A stretch of DNA of 64,000 nucleotides from Actinomycetota bacterium (GCA_046723555.1 JBKOUV010000016.1:160-64159); one strand, 5' to 3'. Counted from the first letter of the stretch, positions 17,860-29,498 are shown. Program-made: numbers and translations. The notes: generated from the sequence alone by a model not told the origin.

Positions 17860-17867
17860 CCCGATCC

Positions 17868-18617
17868 TTGCCTGCGAGTTCTCCTCTGCTCGAGCTCGTC
17901 GGGGTCGAGAAGCGCTTCGGCGGCCTACCGGCCGTCAGGGACCTGTCGCTGGCGGTCGAGGAGGGCGAGATCGTGGCCCTCGTCGGCCCCAACGGTGCCG
18001 GCAAGACGACGCTGTTGCGGACGATCATCGGGCTCGAGTCCCCGACGGCCGGCACGATCCGGTTCGGTGGAGTGGAGGTCGGCGGGATCCCGCCCCATCG
18101 GGCCCGTCGCACCGGCATCTCGATGGTGCTGCAGAACCCGCGGAAGTTCGACGCGATGAGCGTCCGCGAGAACGCCGCCCTCGGCGCGCTGTTCGGATCG
18201 GTCGGCGGCCGGCTCTCCGAAGCCGAGGCGCTCGATCGCGCCGAGGAGGCGCTCGGCTTCGTCGGCCTCGCCGCCCGTGCCGACGACGAGGTCGCGACGC
18301 TCAACCTGCACCAGCAGCGGTTCCTCGAGCTCGCCCGAGCCCTCGCCGGGCGGCCCCGGCTGCTGCTCCTCGACGAGGTCATGGCCGGACTCAACGACAC
18401 CGAGCTGCACGCATCCATCGACATCGTGCGCACGGCCCGTGACCGCCTGGGTGTCACCGTGATCTGGGTCGAGCACGTCATGAAAGCGGTGATGAGCCTC
18501 GCCGAACGGGTTGTGGTCCTCAACGTCGGTCGCCTCCTCGTCGACGGCACGCCGGAGGTCGCGATGCGCGATCCCGATGTCGTCGCCGCCTACCTCGGGA
18601 CCGAGGGAGCCGCGTAG
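17868..18617 (+). CDS. ABC transporter ATP-binding protein (LivG-like)
   Basis: 249 aa with a TTG start. Walker A GPNGAGKTT, signature and Walker B LLLLDEVMAGL. Confidence 0.88.
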   Translation: MPASSPLLELVGVEKRFGGLPAVRDLSLAVEEGEIVALVGPNGAGKTTLLRTIIGLESPTAGTIRFGGVEVGGIPPHRARRTGISMVLQNPRKFDAMSVRENAALGALFGSVGGRLSEAEALDRAEEALGFVGLAARADDEVATLNLHQQRFLELARALAGRPRLLLLDEVMAGLNDTELHASIDIVRTARDRLGVTVIWVEHVMKAVMSLAERVVVLNVGRLLVDGTPEVAMRDPDVVAAYLGTEGAA

Positions 18618-19315
18618 TGCTCGAGGTGAGCAACCTGTCGGCCGGCTACGTCGGCGAGGACGTCGTCCACGAGGTCTCGTTCTCCGTCGCCGCCGGCGAG
18701 GTGGTTGCCGTCATCGGCTCGAACGGAGCGGGCAAGACGACGCTGTTCCGGACGATGTGTGGACTGCGCCGGCCGTCGCGCGGCACGGTCACGTTCGACG
18801 GCGAGGCGATCTCCGGGCGGCGGGCCCACCACATCGCCCGCAAGGGACTCGCTTACGTGCCCGCGGAGCGCCACCTCTTCCCGCAGATGACCGTGACCGA
18901 GAACCTCGACCTCGGGGCCTACCCCAAGCGGCCTGATGCCGACCACCGGGCGCTCGTGTTCGACCTGTTCCCCCGGCTCGCCGAGCGGCGGCGGCAGCGG
19001 GCCGGCACGATGAGCGGCGGCGAGCAGCAGATGCTCGCCGTCGGTCGCGCGTTGATGGCTGACCCGCGCGTGCTCGTGCTCGACGAGCCGACGACCGGCC
19101 TCGCGCCGCGGCTCGCCGCCGAGGCCTACGCCGCGCTGGCCGCACTCCGCGGCGGCGGGATCACCATCGTCGTCGCCGAGCAGCAGGTCCCGCTGGCGCT
19201 CGAGCTCGCCGACCGTGGCTACGTCCTCGAGAACGGGCGGATCCAACTCAGCGGATCTTCGGCCGAGCTGGCCGGCAACCCCGACGTCCAGCGGGCCTAC
19301 CTGGGGGTCGCGTGA
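18617..19315 (+). CDS. ABC transporter ATP-binding protein (LivF-like)
   Basis: 232 aa. The GTG start overlaps the upstream stop. GSNGAGKTT, MSGGEQQML, VLVLDEPTTGLAP. Confidence 0.9.
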   Translation: MLEVSNLSAGYVGEDVVHEVSFSVAAGEVVAVIGSNGAGKTTLFRTMCGLRRPSRGTVTFDGEAISGRRAHHIARKGLAYVPAERHLFPQMTVTENLDLGAYPKRPDADHRALVFDLFPRLAERRRQRAGTMSGGEQQMLAVGRALMADPRVLVLDEPTTGLAPRLAAEAYAALAALRGGGITIVVAEQQVPLALELADRGYVLENGRIQLSGSSAELAGNPDVQRAYLGVA

Positions 19316-19328
19316 GCCGGAGCCGGGC

Positions 19329-20198
19329 ATGAAAGCCGTCGTGTTCGACGGGATCGTGCTCGGGTTGCAGTTCGGGCTGCTCGGGGTCGGGCTGACGTTG
19401 GTCTACGGGCTCGGGGGCGTGCTCAACCTCGCTCACGGCCCGATCGCCGTGTTCGGGGCGATCGTCGTGTCCCTGCGGATGGACGCCGGCGCACCGGCGA
19501 CGCTGGCCGTGATCACCGGACTCGTCGCGGCCGGGCTGATCGGGCTGATCCTCGACCAGACACTGATGCGGCCGGTGTACCGGCGGCGCGGAGAGTCGCG
19601 GGTGCTGCTCGGACTCCTTCTGATGCTCGGAGTGGCGTTCATCATCGACGGCTTCCTCACGTGGCGCTACCCCATAGGGGCGCTGTCGCTGCGCATCGGC
19701 GGCGAGCCCGTCAACGTCTTCGGTGTGGCGATGCGCACGGGCAGCCTGCTCGCGTCGGCGATCGCGATCGCAACCGGTGCCGTCCTGTTCGCGTTCTTCC
19801 GGTTCGCCATCACGGGCAAAGCCGTGCGCTCGGTGGTGCAGGACGAGGAGGGGGCGCAACTCTGCGGGATCAGCCCGGCGGTGGTGCGCAGCCTCGTGTT
19901 CGTCCTCAGCGCGGTGCTCGCCGCCCTCGTCGCGGTGACGCGCTCGATGACGTCGCCGGTGACCGTCAACGCCGGGATCGACTTCACGATCCTCGCCCTC
20001 ATCGTGGCCGTCGTCGGTGGGCTCGGCAGCGTCGCCGGAGCGTTCTGTGCCGGCGTCCTCCTCGGGATCGTCAACACCGTCAGCGCCCACTACATCGGTT
20101 CCTACGTGACCACGATCGTGTTGCTGGGCGCGGCGGCGATCACGATCGTGCTGCGCCCCACCGGGCTGCTCGGCGCCGGCCACACGGAGCGGGGATGA
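19329..20198 (+). CDS. Branched-chain amino acid ABC transporter permease (LivH-like)
   Basis: Trimmed to ATG 19329 (MKAVVFDGIVLGLQFGLLGVGLTLVYG...). Multi-pass hydrophobic protein. Confidence 0.88.
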   Translation: MKAVVFDGIVLGLQFGLLGVGLTLVYGLGGVLNLAHGPIAVFGAIVVSLRMDAGAPATLAVITGLVAAGLIGLILDQTLMRPVYRRRGESRVLLGLLLMLGVAFIIDGFLTWRYPIGALSLRIGGEPVNVFGVAMRTGSLLASAIAIATGAVLFAFFRFAITGKAVRSVVQDEEGAQLCGISPAVVRSLVFVLSAVLAALVAVTRSMTSPVTVNAGIDFTILALIVAVVGGLGSVAGAFCAGVLLGIVNTVSAHYIGSYVTTIVLLGAAAITIVLRPTGLLGAGHTERG

Positions 20199-21172
20199 AG
20201 ACGATCCGCGCCTACCTGCCGATCGCGGTCACCGCGGCAATCCTCGCCTTGCTCCCGCTGCGCTACGGCGACTCCCGCACGATGATGGGGGTGATCATCG
20301 TCGGCGTCCTGTTCGCCGCCTACACCATCGGGTTCAACGTCATCTTCGGCTGCACCGGTCAGCTCTTCCTGTGCGTCGGTGCGCTCGCCGGGCTCGGCGG
20401 GTACGCGTCGGCGATCCTGAGCGACCGCGAGGGCCTCCCGATGGTGCTGGCGATGGTGCTGGCCAGCGCGATGTCGGCCGTCGTCGGCGGTCTCCTGAGC
20501 TGGATCGCGGTAAGCCGGTCGCTCGGCGTGATCTTCACCGGCATCGTCACGCTCGCGTTCTCGCTCGCGTTCCAGAACCTCCTCCTCGGCAAGCGCGATC
20601 TCACCTCCGGCGAGACCGGGCTCGTCGTCGACGCCGGTTCCGACACCCTGCTCGGGGAGCTCGTCGCGCCCTACTACGTGTTCCTCGCCCTCGTGGCGAT
20701 CTACCTCGTCACGTTCCGCCTGCTCCAGCGGTCCCACGTCGGCTGGGCGTTCCGGGCCCTGCGCGACGACGAGATCGCCGCCGAGCTCGCCGGCGTCGAC
20801 GTCAAGCGCTACCGCGTGATCGCGGGCACGCTCGGCTCGGCGATGCTCGGACTTGCTGGGGCGCTGTACGCCCACACCGAAGGGTTCATCAGCCCCTCGA
20901 CGTACAGCTTCGACAACGTCGACGTGCGGGTGCTGGTGATGCTCGCGTTCGGCGGGATCGGCAGCCTGCTCGGGCCGGTTGTGGGCGCCGCTGCGCTGAC
21001 GATCCTCGACGAGTGGCTCGAGTCGTTCAACGAGTACCGCCTGATGATCTACGGCGCCGTGATCATCGCCCTGTTCCTGGGCTTCCCCCGCGGCGTCGTG
21101 CCCACCGTGCAAGGGCTGTTCAGGCGCCGGCGGCGACCGGCCCGCGGTACCGTCGCCGCGGATGAACGCTGA
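20195..21172 (+). CDS. Branched-chain amino acid ABC transporter permease (LivM-like)
   Basis: ATG 20195 overlaps the LivH-like stop (ATGA). MKTIRAYLPIAVTAAILALLP...FNVIFGCTGQLFLCVGALAGLGGY. Confidence 0.88.
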   Translation: MKTIRAYLPIAVTAAILALLPLRYGDSRTMMGVIIVGVLFAAYTIGFNVIFGCTGQLFLCVGALAGLGGYASAILSDREGLPMVLAMVLASAMSAVVGGLLSWIAVSRSLGVIFTGIVTLAFSLAFQNLLLGKRDLTSGETGLVVDAGSDTLLGELVAPYYVFLALVAIYLVTFRLLQRSHVGWAFRALRDDEIAAELAGVDVKRYRVIAGTLGSAMLGLAGALYAHTEGFISPSTYSFDNVDVRVLVMLAFGGIGSLLGPVVGAAALTILDEWLESFNEYRLMIYGAVIIALFLGFPRGVVPTVQGLFRRRRRPARGTVAADER

Positions 21173-21923
21173 CGAGCTGGTCCACGTCGAGGTCGCCGAC
21201 GCGGTCGCGACGATCACGCTCGACTCGCCCGCCAACCGCAACGCCCTCTCGAGCCGGCTCGTCGCCGACCTCAACCGGGCGCTCGACGGCGCGGAGGCCG
21301 CGGTGGCCGACGCCGGCGTCCGGGCGCTCGTGCTGACCCACGTCCCGCCGGCGTTCTGCGCCGGCGCCGACCTCAAGGAACGGAACAAGGGCGTACCGGA
21401 CTCGCGCCCGATCGTCCGCGCCTTCCAGCGCCTGATGGATGTCGACGTGCCGACGATCGCCGCCGTGAAGGGACCGGTGCGGGCGGGTGGCATCGGGTTG
21501 ATGGCGTCGTGCGATCTCGTCGTCGTGCAGCGCGACGTCGGGTTCGCCCTCACCGAGGTCCGCGTCGGTGTCGCCGCGGCGATGATCTCGGTGCCGATCC
21601 TGCGCCGGGCGAGCGGGCCCCGGCTCGCCGCCGCCTTCCTCACCGGCGAGCTGTTCGACGCCGACGAGGCCCGGGCGGTCGGCCTGGTGACCCACGTCGC
21701 CGACGACGTCGACGCCACGGTCGCCACGCTGTGCGAGCGGGTCAGGCTGGGTGCCCCGACCGCCGTGGCCGCGACCAAGCGGATCCTCCGCGAGGTACCG
21801 GGCTTGGGTCGCGACGAAGCGTTCGAGCGGATGCGCCGGCTGTCCGACGAGCTGTTCGCCGGACCGGAGGCCGCCGAGGGAATGGCCGCGTACCTCGAGA
21901 AGCGCCCGCCGCGCTGGGACTAG
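21162..21923 (+). CDS. Enoyl-CoA hydratase/isomerase family protein
   Basis: 253 aa. ITLDSPANRNALS...FCAGADLKE...GPVRAGGIGL, crotonase-fold motifs. Confidence 0.88.
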   Translation: MNADELVHVEVADAVATITLDSPANRNALSSRLVADLNRALDGAEAAVADAGVRALVLTHVPPAFCAGADLKERNKGVPDSRPIVRAFQRLMDVDVPTIAAVKGPVRAGGIGLMASCDLVVVQRDVGFALTEVRVGVAAAMISVPILRRASGPRLAAAFLTGELFDADEARAVGLVTHVADDVDATVATLCERVRLGAPTAVAATKRILREVPGLGRDEAFERMRRLSDELFAGPEAAEGMAAYLEKRPPRWD

Positions 21924-21930
21924 CTGCCCA

Positions 21931-22006
21931 CATCTGGGCGGGATCCGTCCCACCAGGTCATCTGGGCGGGATTCGTCTCGCCTGTCGCGACGATTCCCGC
22001 CCAGAT
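21931..22006. repeat. Structured intergenic repeat, family 2 copy D (two direct units plus one inverted unit)
   Basis: CATCTGGGCGGGAT (21931-44) ... CATCTGGGCGGGAT (21959-72) -tcgtctcgcctgtcgcgacg- ATTCCCGCCCAGAT (21993-22006). 12-bp perfect complementarity (ATCTGGGCGGGA / TCCCGCCCAGAT). Lies between convergent stops. Confidence 0.85.
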
Positions 22007-22012
22007 TTCGGG

Positions 22013-24253
<2,241 letters not shown>

Positions 24254-24331
24254 GTGACCAGTCCACGCCCCGCGCCGCTCACGGCACAAACGTTACAGTG
24301 GAAGGATCAATCGGAACGGAGGAGCCAGCCG

Positions 24332-25654
24332 ATGACGATCACCGACGACTCGACCGAACTGCAATCCACCAGCGTGGCGCCCGCGCTGGTCACCGAGCTG
24401 CCGGGTCCGCGCGCCCGCGAGATCATCGCCCGCGACGAGGCCGTCACCAGCCCGTCGTTGACCCGGGTGTACCCGCTGGTCGTGCGGCGCGGTCGGGGCT
24501 GCGTCGTGGAAGACGTCGACGGGAACCGCTTCCTCGACTTCAACGCCGGCATCGCCGTGGTCGCCGCCGGTCACGGCCATCCGAAGATCAACGCGGCGAT
24601 CCACGCCCAGGTCGACGACATCCTGCACTACTGCTCGAGCGACTTCTACCTCCCCGCCTACGCCGACGCGTGCGCCCGGCTGGCGGCACTGGCGCCGATA
24701 CCCGACGCCAAGGTGTTCCTCTCCAACTCCGGTACCGAGGCCGTCGAGGCCGCCCTCAAGCTGGCCCGCCACCACACGGGCCGACCCAACGTGATCGCCT
24801 TCCTCGGCGCGTTCCACGGGCGCTCGCTCGGCAGCCTGTCGCTCACCGCGAGCAAGTCGCGCCAGCGCGCCGGCTTCGGGATCGTCGCTCCCGGCAGCTT
24901 CCACGCCCCCTTCGCCGACCCATACCACGGGCCCGGCCCGACCGGCGCCGACTACATCGAGGAGGTCCTGTTCACCCAGCTGACCGCACCGACGGACGTC
25001 GCCGCCATCTTCGTCGAGCCGATCCAGGGCGAGGGCGGCTACATCGTCCCGCCGCCGGGATGGCTCGCCCGCCTGCGGACCCTGTGCGACGAGCACGGCA
25101 TCCTGCTCGTGGTCGACGAGATCCAGTCCGGCGTCGGCCGCACCGGGAAGCTGTGGGCCATCGAGCACGACGGCATCGCGCCCGACGTGATGTGTGTCGG
25201 CAAGGGGCTCGCCAGCGGTCTGCCGTTGGCCGGTATCGTCGCCCGGTCCGACGTGATGGACTGGGAGCCCGGCGGACACGGATCCACGTTCGGCGGCAAC
25301 CCGGTCGCTTGCGCGGCCGCCCTCGCCACGCTCGACCTCGTCGAAAGCGAGCTGGCCGCCAACGCCGCCGACGTCGGCGCGCACCTGCTCGGTGCCATCG
25401 TCTCGCTGCAGGACCGTCAACCGCTGGTCGAGCAGGTTCGGGGACGCGGGTTGATGATCGGGATCGACCTGCCCGACCACGACACCGCGGTGGCCCTCGA
25501 ACGGGCCTGCTTCCAGCGCGGGCTGCTCGTGCTCACGTGCGGCGAGCGCTCGGTCCGGCTCGCTCCCCCGCTCGTCGTGACCCGTGGACAAGCGGACACC
25601 GCGATGTCGATCATGGACGACGCGCTGACCGCGATCTCAGGAGATCATCGCTGA
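24332..25654 (+). CDS. Class-III PLP aminotransferase (4-aminobutyrate/omega-amino acid type)
   Basis: ATG 24332 with RBS GGAACGGAGGAG. 440 aa. FLDFNAGIAVVAAGHGHP, SNSGTEAVEAALKLAR, VDEIQSGVGRTGK, and the PLP-lysine context CVGKGLASG. Confidence 0.88.
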   Translation: MTITDDSTELQSTSVAPALVTELPGPRAREIIARDEAVTSPSLTRVYPLVVRRGRGCVVEDVDGNRFLDFNAGIAVVAAGHGHPKINAAIHAQVDDILHYCSSDFYLPAYADACARLAALAPIPDAKVFLSNSGTEAVEAALKLARHHTGRPNVIAFLGAFHGRSLGSLSLTASKSRQRAGFGIVAPGSFHAPFADPYHGPGPTGADYIEEVLFTQLTAPTDVAAIFVEPIQGEGGYIVPPPGWLARLRTLCDEHGILLVVDEIQSGVGRTGKLWAIEHDGIAPDVMCVGKGLASGLPLAGIVARSDVMDWEPGGHGSTFGGNPVACAAALATLDLVESELAANAADVGAHLLGAIVSLQDRQPLVEQVRGRGLMIGIDLPDHDTAVALERACFQRGLLVLTCGERSVRLAPPLVVTRGQADTAMSIMDDALTAISGDHR

Positions 25655-27165
25655 TGCTTCCTTCAACCAACGCCCTCGCAGAACGAGCCGCCGGCATCCT
25701 CGCCGCGTGCGGCGCCACCGCGCCCCAGGGCGACCTGGCCGGCCGCACTCCGATCACCGGTGGGTCGCTGGGCGCGTCCGGCTCGCCGGCGGACGTCGAC
25801 GCCGCCGTCACCCGCGCCACCGAGGTCTTCGCCGAATGGCGGGGGACCCCGGCGCCGGAGCGCGGCAACGTCGTGCGCCGCCTGGGCGAGTTGCTCCGCG
25901 AGCACAAGGACGAGCTGGGCGAGCTGGTGTCGATCGAGGCCGGCAAGATCCGCTCCGAGGGCCTCGGCGAGGTGCAGGAGATGATCGACATCTGCGACTT
26001 CGCCGTGGGGCTGTCGCGCCAGCTCTACGGGCTCACCATCGCCAGCGAGCGCCCCGGCCACCGGCTGATGGAGACGTGGCATCCACTCGGTCCGTGCGCG
26101 GTGATCACGGCGTTCAACTTCCCGGTTGCGGTGTGGTCGTGGAACGCCGCGCTGGCGCTCGTCTGCGGCGACCCGGTGCTGTGGAAGCCGTCGGACAAGA
26201 CCCCGCTCACTGCACTGGCGTGTGACGCCCTGCTCCAGCGAGCGGCCGCTGACATCGGTGCACCGGCCGGCCTCAATCAGGTGGTGCAGGGCGGCGGTGA
26301 CGTCGGTGCCGCCCTCGCTGCGCACGCCGGTGTGGCGGTCGTGTCGGCGACCGGGTCGACGCGCATGGGCCGGGCCGTCGCCCCGCTCGTCGCCGGCCGC
26401 TTCGGCCGGCTGATCCTCGAGCTCGGCGGCAACAACGGGGCGATCGTCGCCCCCACGGCTGACCTCGAGCTCGCCGTCCGGGGCATCGCCTTCTCTGCCG
26501 TCGGGACGGCCGGCCAGCGCTGCACCAGCCTGCGCCGGCTGATCGTCCACCGGTCGGTGCACGACGAGCTCGTCGACCGGCTCGCCAAGGCCTACGCCAG
26601 TGTGCCGATCGGAGACCCGCTCGCCGACGGGACGCTCGTCGGACCGTTGATCGACGCCCCGGCGTTCGATCGCCTCGGCGAGGCGCTGCGCGCGGCGGTC
26701 GACGACGGGGGTGAGGTCGTCACTGGTGGCGACCGCGTCCTGGCCGATGAGGCACCGGATGCCCGCTACGTCACCCCGGCGATGGTCGTGATGCCGGAAC
26801 AGACGGAGATCGTGCGCACCGAGACCTTCGGGCCGCTGCTGTACGTGCTCGCCTATGACGACTTCGACGAGGCACTGGCCCTGCACAACGGGGTGCCGCA
26901 CGGGCTGGCGTCGAGCATCTTCACCAACGACGTGCGCGAAGCCGAGCGGTTCGTGTCGTCGGAGGGGTCGGACTGCGGCATCGCCAACGTCAACATCGGC
27001 CCCTCCGGTGCCGAGATCGGCGGGGCATTCGGCGGCGAGAAGGACACCGGCGGCGGCCGCGAATCGGGCTCGGACGCCTGGAAGTCGTACATGCGCCGCG
27101 CCACCAACACCGTCAACTACTCGACTTCCCTCCCCCTCGCCCAAGGCGTGAAGTTCGATATCTGA
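25654..27165 (+). CDS. ALDH7-type aldehyde dehydrogenase (piperideine-6-carboxylate / aminoadipate-semialdehyde dehydrogenase-like)
   Basis: 503 aa. The ATG overlaps the upstream stop (TGATG). ELGGNN, GTAGQRCTS (catalytic Cys), and the characteristic C-terminus DCGIANVNIGPSGAEIGGAFGGEKDTGGGRESGSDAWKSYMRR. Confidence 0.85.
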   Translation: MLPSTNALAERAAGILAACGATAPQGDLAGRTPITGGSLGASGSPADVDAAVTRATEVFAEWRGTPAPERGNVVRRLGELLREHKDELGELVSIEAGKIRSEGLGEVQEMIDICDFAVGLSRQLYGLTIASERPGHRLMETWHPLGPCAVITAFNFPVAVWSWNAALALVCGDPVLWKPSDKTPLTALACDALLQRAAADIGAPAGLNQVVQGGGDVGAALAAHAGVAVVSATGSTRMGRAVAPLVAGRFGRLILELGGNNGAIVAPTADLELAVRGIAFSAVGTAGQRCTSLRRLIVHRSVHDELVDRLAKAYASVPIGDPLADGTLVGPLIDAPAFDRLGEALRAAVDDGGEVVTGGDRVLADEAPDARYVTPAMVVMPEQTEIVRTETFGPLLYVLAYDDFDEALALHNGVPHGLASSIFTNDVREAERFVSSEGSDCGIANVNIGPSGAEIGGAFGGEKDTGGGRESGSDAWKSYMRRATNTVNYSTSLPLAQGVKFDI

Positions 27166-27181
27166 GTTCTGAGCCTGCTGG

Positions 27182-27198
27182 GGATCGCTCAGCGATCC
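27182..27198. terminator. Short palindrome between convergent ALDH and mtrA-like stops
   Basis: GGATCGCT-c-AGCGATCC, with 8-nt arms. Confidence 0.3.
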
Positions 27199-27227
27199 AG
27201 ATCCGCCTGAGAATCGGGGGAACGGGG

Positions 27228-27920
27228 TCAGCCGAGCAGGCGGTAGCCCAGGCCGCGGACGGTGACGATCAGGCGGGGCTCGTCGGGTTGGTCCTCGACC
27301 TTCACCCGCAGCCGGCGGACGTGGGCGTCGACCAGCCGGGAGTCCCCGAGGTATTCGTAGCCCCACACCCGCTCGAGCAACTGGTCGCGCGAGAGCACGG
27401 CGCCGGCGTGGTCGGCGAACTCACACAGCAGCCGGAACTCGGTCTTCGTCAGCGACACCTCTCGTCCCTGCTTGAGCACGATCCCCTGCTCGCGGCGCAG
27501 CTCGACGTCGCCGAACACCGTCGACCTCGGCGTCGCCGTCTCCTGCAACTGCACCCGCCGCAACAGGGCGCGGATCCGCGCCGCCAGCTCCTTCGGCACC
27601 ACCGGCTTGGTGACGTAGTCGTCGGCGCCCGCCTCCAGCCCGGCCACGAGGTCGTGGGTGTCGGTCTGGGCGGTGATGATGATGATCGGCACGATGCTGC
27701 GCGCCCGCAGGGCCCGGCACACGTCGAACCCCGACATGTCGGGTAGCCGCAGGTCGAGCAGCACGAGGTCGATCTCGTGGTCGGCGAACTCGCCCAGGCC
27801 GGTGCGCCCGTCGGCGGCCTCGCGTACCTTGTAACCCTCGTCCTCCAGGGCCATCGTCAAGGCGAGGCGGATCTGATCGTCGTCTTCGATGAACAGCAAG
27901 GTGTGCACAGCGGCGCCCAT
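27228..27920 (-). CDS. mtrA: MtrA-like OmpR-family response regulator
   Basis: 230 aa. LLFIEDDDQIRLAL...LVLLDLRLPDMSGFDVCR...GADDYVTKP...SLTKTEFRLLCEFA...LLERVWGYEY...VDAHVRRLRVKVE...TVRGLGYR. Closely parallels M. tuberculosis MtrA as I recall it. Confidence 0.85.
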   Translation of the reverse strand: MGAAVHTLLFIEDDDQIRLALTMALEDEGYKVREAADGRTGLGEFADHEIDLVLLDLRLPDMSGFDVCRALRARSIVPIIIITAQTDTHDLVAGLEAGADDYVTKPVVPKELAARIRALLRRVQLQETATPRSTVFGDVELRREQGIVLKQGREVSLTKTEFRLLCEFADHAGAVLSRDQLLERVWGYEYLGDSRLVDAHVRRLRVKVEDQPDEPRLIVTVRGLGYRLLG

Positions 27921-27943
27921 TGTGGCGGGGTCGGGCCGGAAAC

Positions 27944-27962
27944 CGATTTGTTACACAAATCG
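27944..27962. promoter_or_regulatory. AT-rich perfect 8-3-8 palindrome upstream of mtrA-like gene (candidate operator)
   Basis: CGATTTGT-tac-ACAAATCG, 24-42 nt upstream of the mtrA-like ATG (27920), in the 193-nt divergent region. Confidence 0.4.
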
Positions 27963-28112
27963 CGCAATCCTGCGGTCGGCTCGTCACACGTCTCGCTGAG
28001 GATGATCGGTGTTCACGCTGCCCCGGTGAGGTGCCTTCCTCCCCCTGGTGCCTCACCGGCAGCGGCGTTTCCGCGTCTATCGGAGGGATCCGGCGCCTGG
28101 CACACTGACGCC

Positions 28113-29498
28113 GTGCTCCGACGCCGTCCGATGCGCCTACGCACCAAGGTCACCCTGTTCTTCGGCCTCATCGCGTTGGTGGCGACGGTGACGCTGACGG
28201 TCGTCACCTACGTCTACGCCCGCGAGTCCCTGCTCGACCAGCGCTTGGACGTCGCCCGCCAGCAGGCCGTGCTCAACGCCAGCCGGGTGCGCGACCAGCT
28301 ACGCACCGCCCAAAACGGCTTCTGCGAGCGCTTTCCCCAGCGGATCCCGAGCGTGCGCATCGAGGCCGAAGGCTTCGCCCTGGTCGACTTCGCCAACGGC
28401 AACTCGTGCACCAGCAACAACTTGTTCTCCGACCAAGCCTTGCCCGATCAGCTCCGGGGCGCCGTGGAACAGGGCGTGTCCGGCGTCCAGCAGTTCGCGT
28501 TCCGCGACCGGAGCTACATCGGCGTCGGCATCCACATCGCCGAGGTCGACGCCAACTACTACCAGGCGTTCGAGCTCGGTCCGACGGCACGCACGCTGAA
28601 CGCGATCCTGCTCGCCCTGCTCATCGGCTCGGCCGTGACGGTGCTGCTCGCCACCACCCTCGGTTGGTGGACGAGCCGCCGCCTGCTCCGACCGCTCGCC
28701 CGCATCACGGACGCCGCCGGCGACATCGCCGCTGGCGGGTTGGACGCTCGCGTCGCCCGCGAGGGCGATCCCGATCTCGACCGCCTCGCCGACTCGTTCA
28801 ACGAGATGGCCGACGCCGTGCAGGGGCGGATCGAGCGCGAGGCTCGGTTCGCCAGCGACGTCAGCCACGAGCTGCGCTCTCCGATCACCGCCCTGGCCGC
28901 CGCCGCCGAGGTGATGCACAGCCGCCGCGGTGAGTTGCCCGAGCGCACCCGGCAGGCCCTCGACGTCGTCGTCGGCCAGGTGCGGCGGTTCGACGCGATG
29001 GTGATGGACCTGCTCGAGCTGTCGCGCATCGACGCCGGGGCCACCGACCTGCACACCGAGGAGGTCGACATCGACGAGCTGTGCCGGCGGGTGGCCGCCC
29101 GCAACGGGTTCCCGCACCTCCCGGTCGAGGTCAACTGGCGGGCACCGACCCGGGCCGTCATCGACAAGCTCCGGTTCGAGCGCATCATCGCCAACCTGCT
29201 CGAGAACGCCGTGCAGCACGGCGGTGGCCCCGTCCGGATCTCGATCGAGCGCGCCGACGGCCCCTACCTGCTCGTCGCCGTCGAGGACGCCGGGCCGGGA
29301 GTGGCGCGCGGCGAACGGGTGCGCATCTTCGAGCGGTTCGCCCGGGGCAGCGCGGCGCGCCACCGGGTGGGCACCGGGCTCGGGCTCGCCCTCGTCGCGG
29401 AGCACGCCGCGGCCCAGGGGGGCGAGGCGTGGGCGGAGGACCGTCCCGGCGGCGGCGCCCGGTTCGTCGTCCGCGTTCCGTCGGGGGCGAACCGTTGA
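28113..29498 (+). CDS. mtrB: MtrB-like sensor histidine kinase
   Basis: Start at GTG 28113 or ATG 28131 (the track ORF begins at 27777). TM, sensor loop, second TM, HAMP (SFNEMADAV), H-box RFASDVSHELRSPITAL, LLELSRIDAG, HATPase (NLLENAVQHG, DAGPGV, GTGLGLAL). Confidence 0.85.
   Translation: MLRRRPMRLRTKVTLFFGLIALVATVTLTVVTYVYARESLLDQRLDVARQQAVLNASRVRDQLRTAQNGFCERFPQRIPSVRIEAEGFALVDFANGNSCTSNNLFSDQALPDQLRGAVEQGVSGVQQFAFRDRSYIGVGIHIAEVDANYYQAFELGPTARTLNAILLALLIGSAVTVLLATTLGWWTSRRLLRPLARITDAAGDIAAGGLDARVAREGDPDLDRLADSFNEMADAVQGRIEREARFASDVSHELRSPITALAAAAEVMHSRRGELPERTRQALDVVVGQVRRFDAMVMDLLELSRIDAGATDLHTEEVDIDELCRRVAARNGFPHLPVEVNWRAPTRAVIDKLRFERIIANLLENAVQHGGGPVRISIERADGPYLLVAVEDAGPGVARGERVRIFERFARGSAARHRVGTGLGLALVAEHAAAQGGEAWAEDRPGGGARFVVRVPSGANR

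Noticed and set aside
28023-28059. C-rich loop hairpin considered as a 6C-type actinobacterial sRNA
   Set aside because: 6C RNA has two stem-loops with C-rich loops and a conserved context. Only one hairpin is present here, inside a divergent promoter region. It is retained only as a low-interest leader-structure note.
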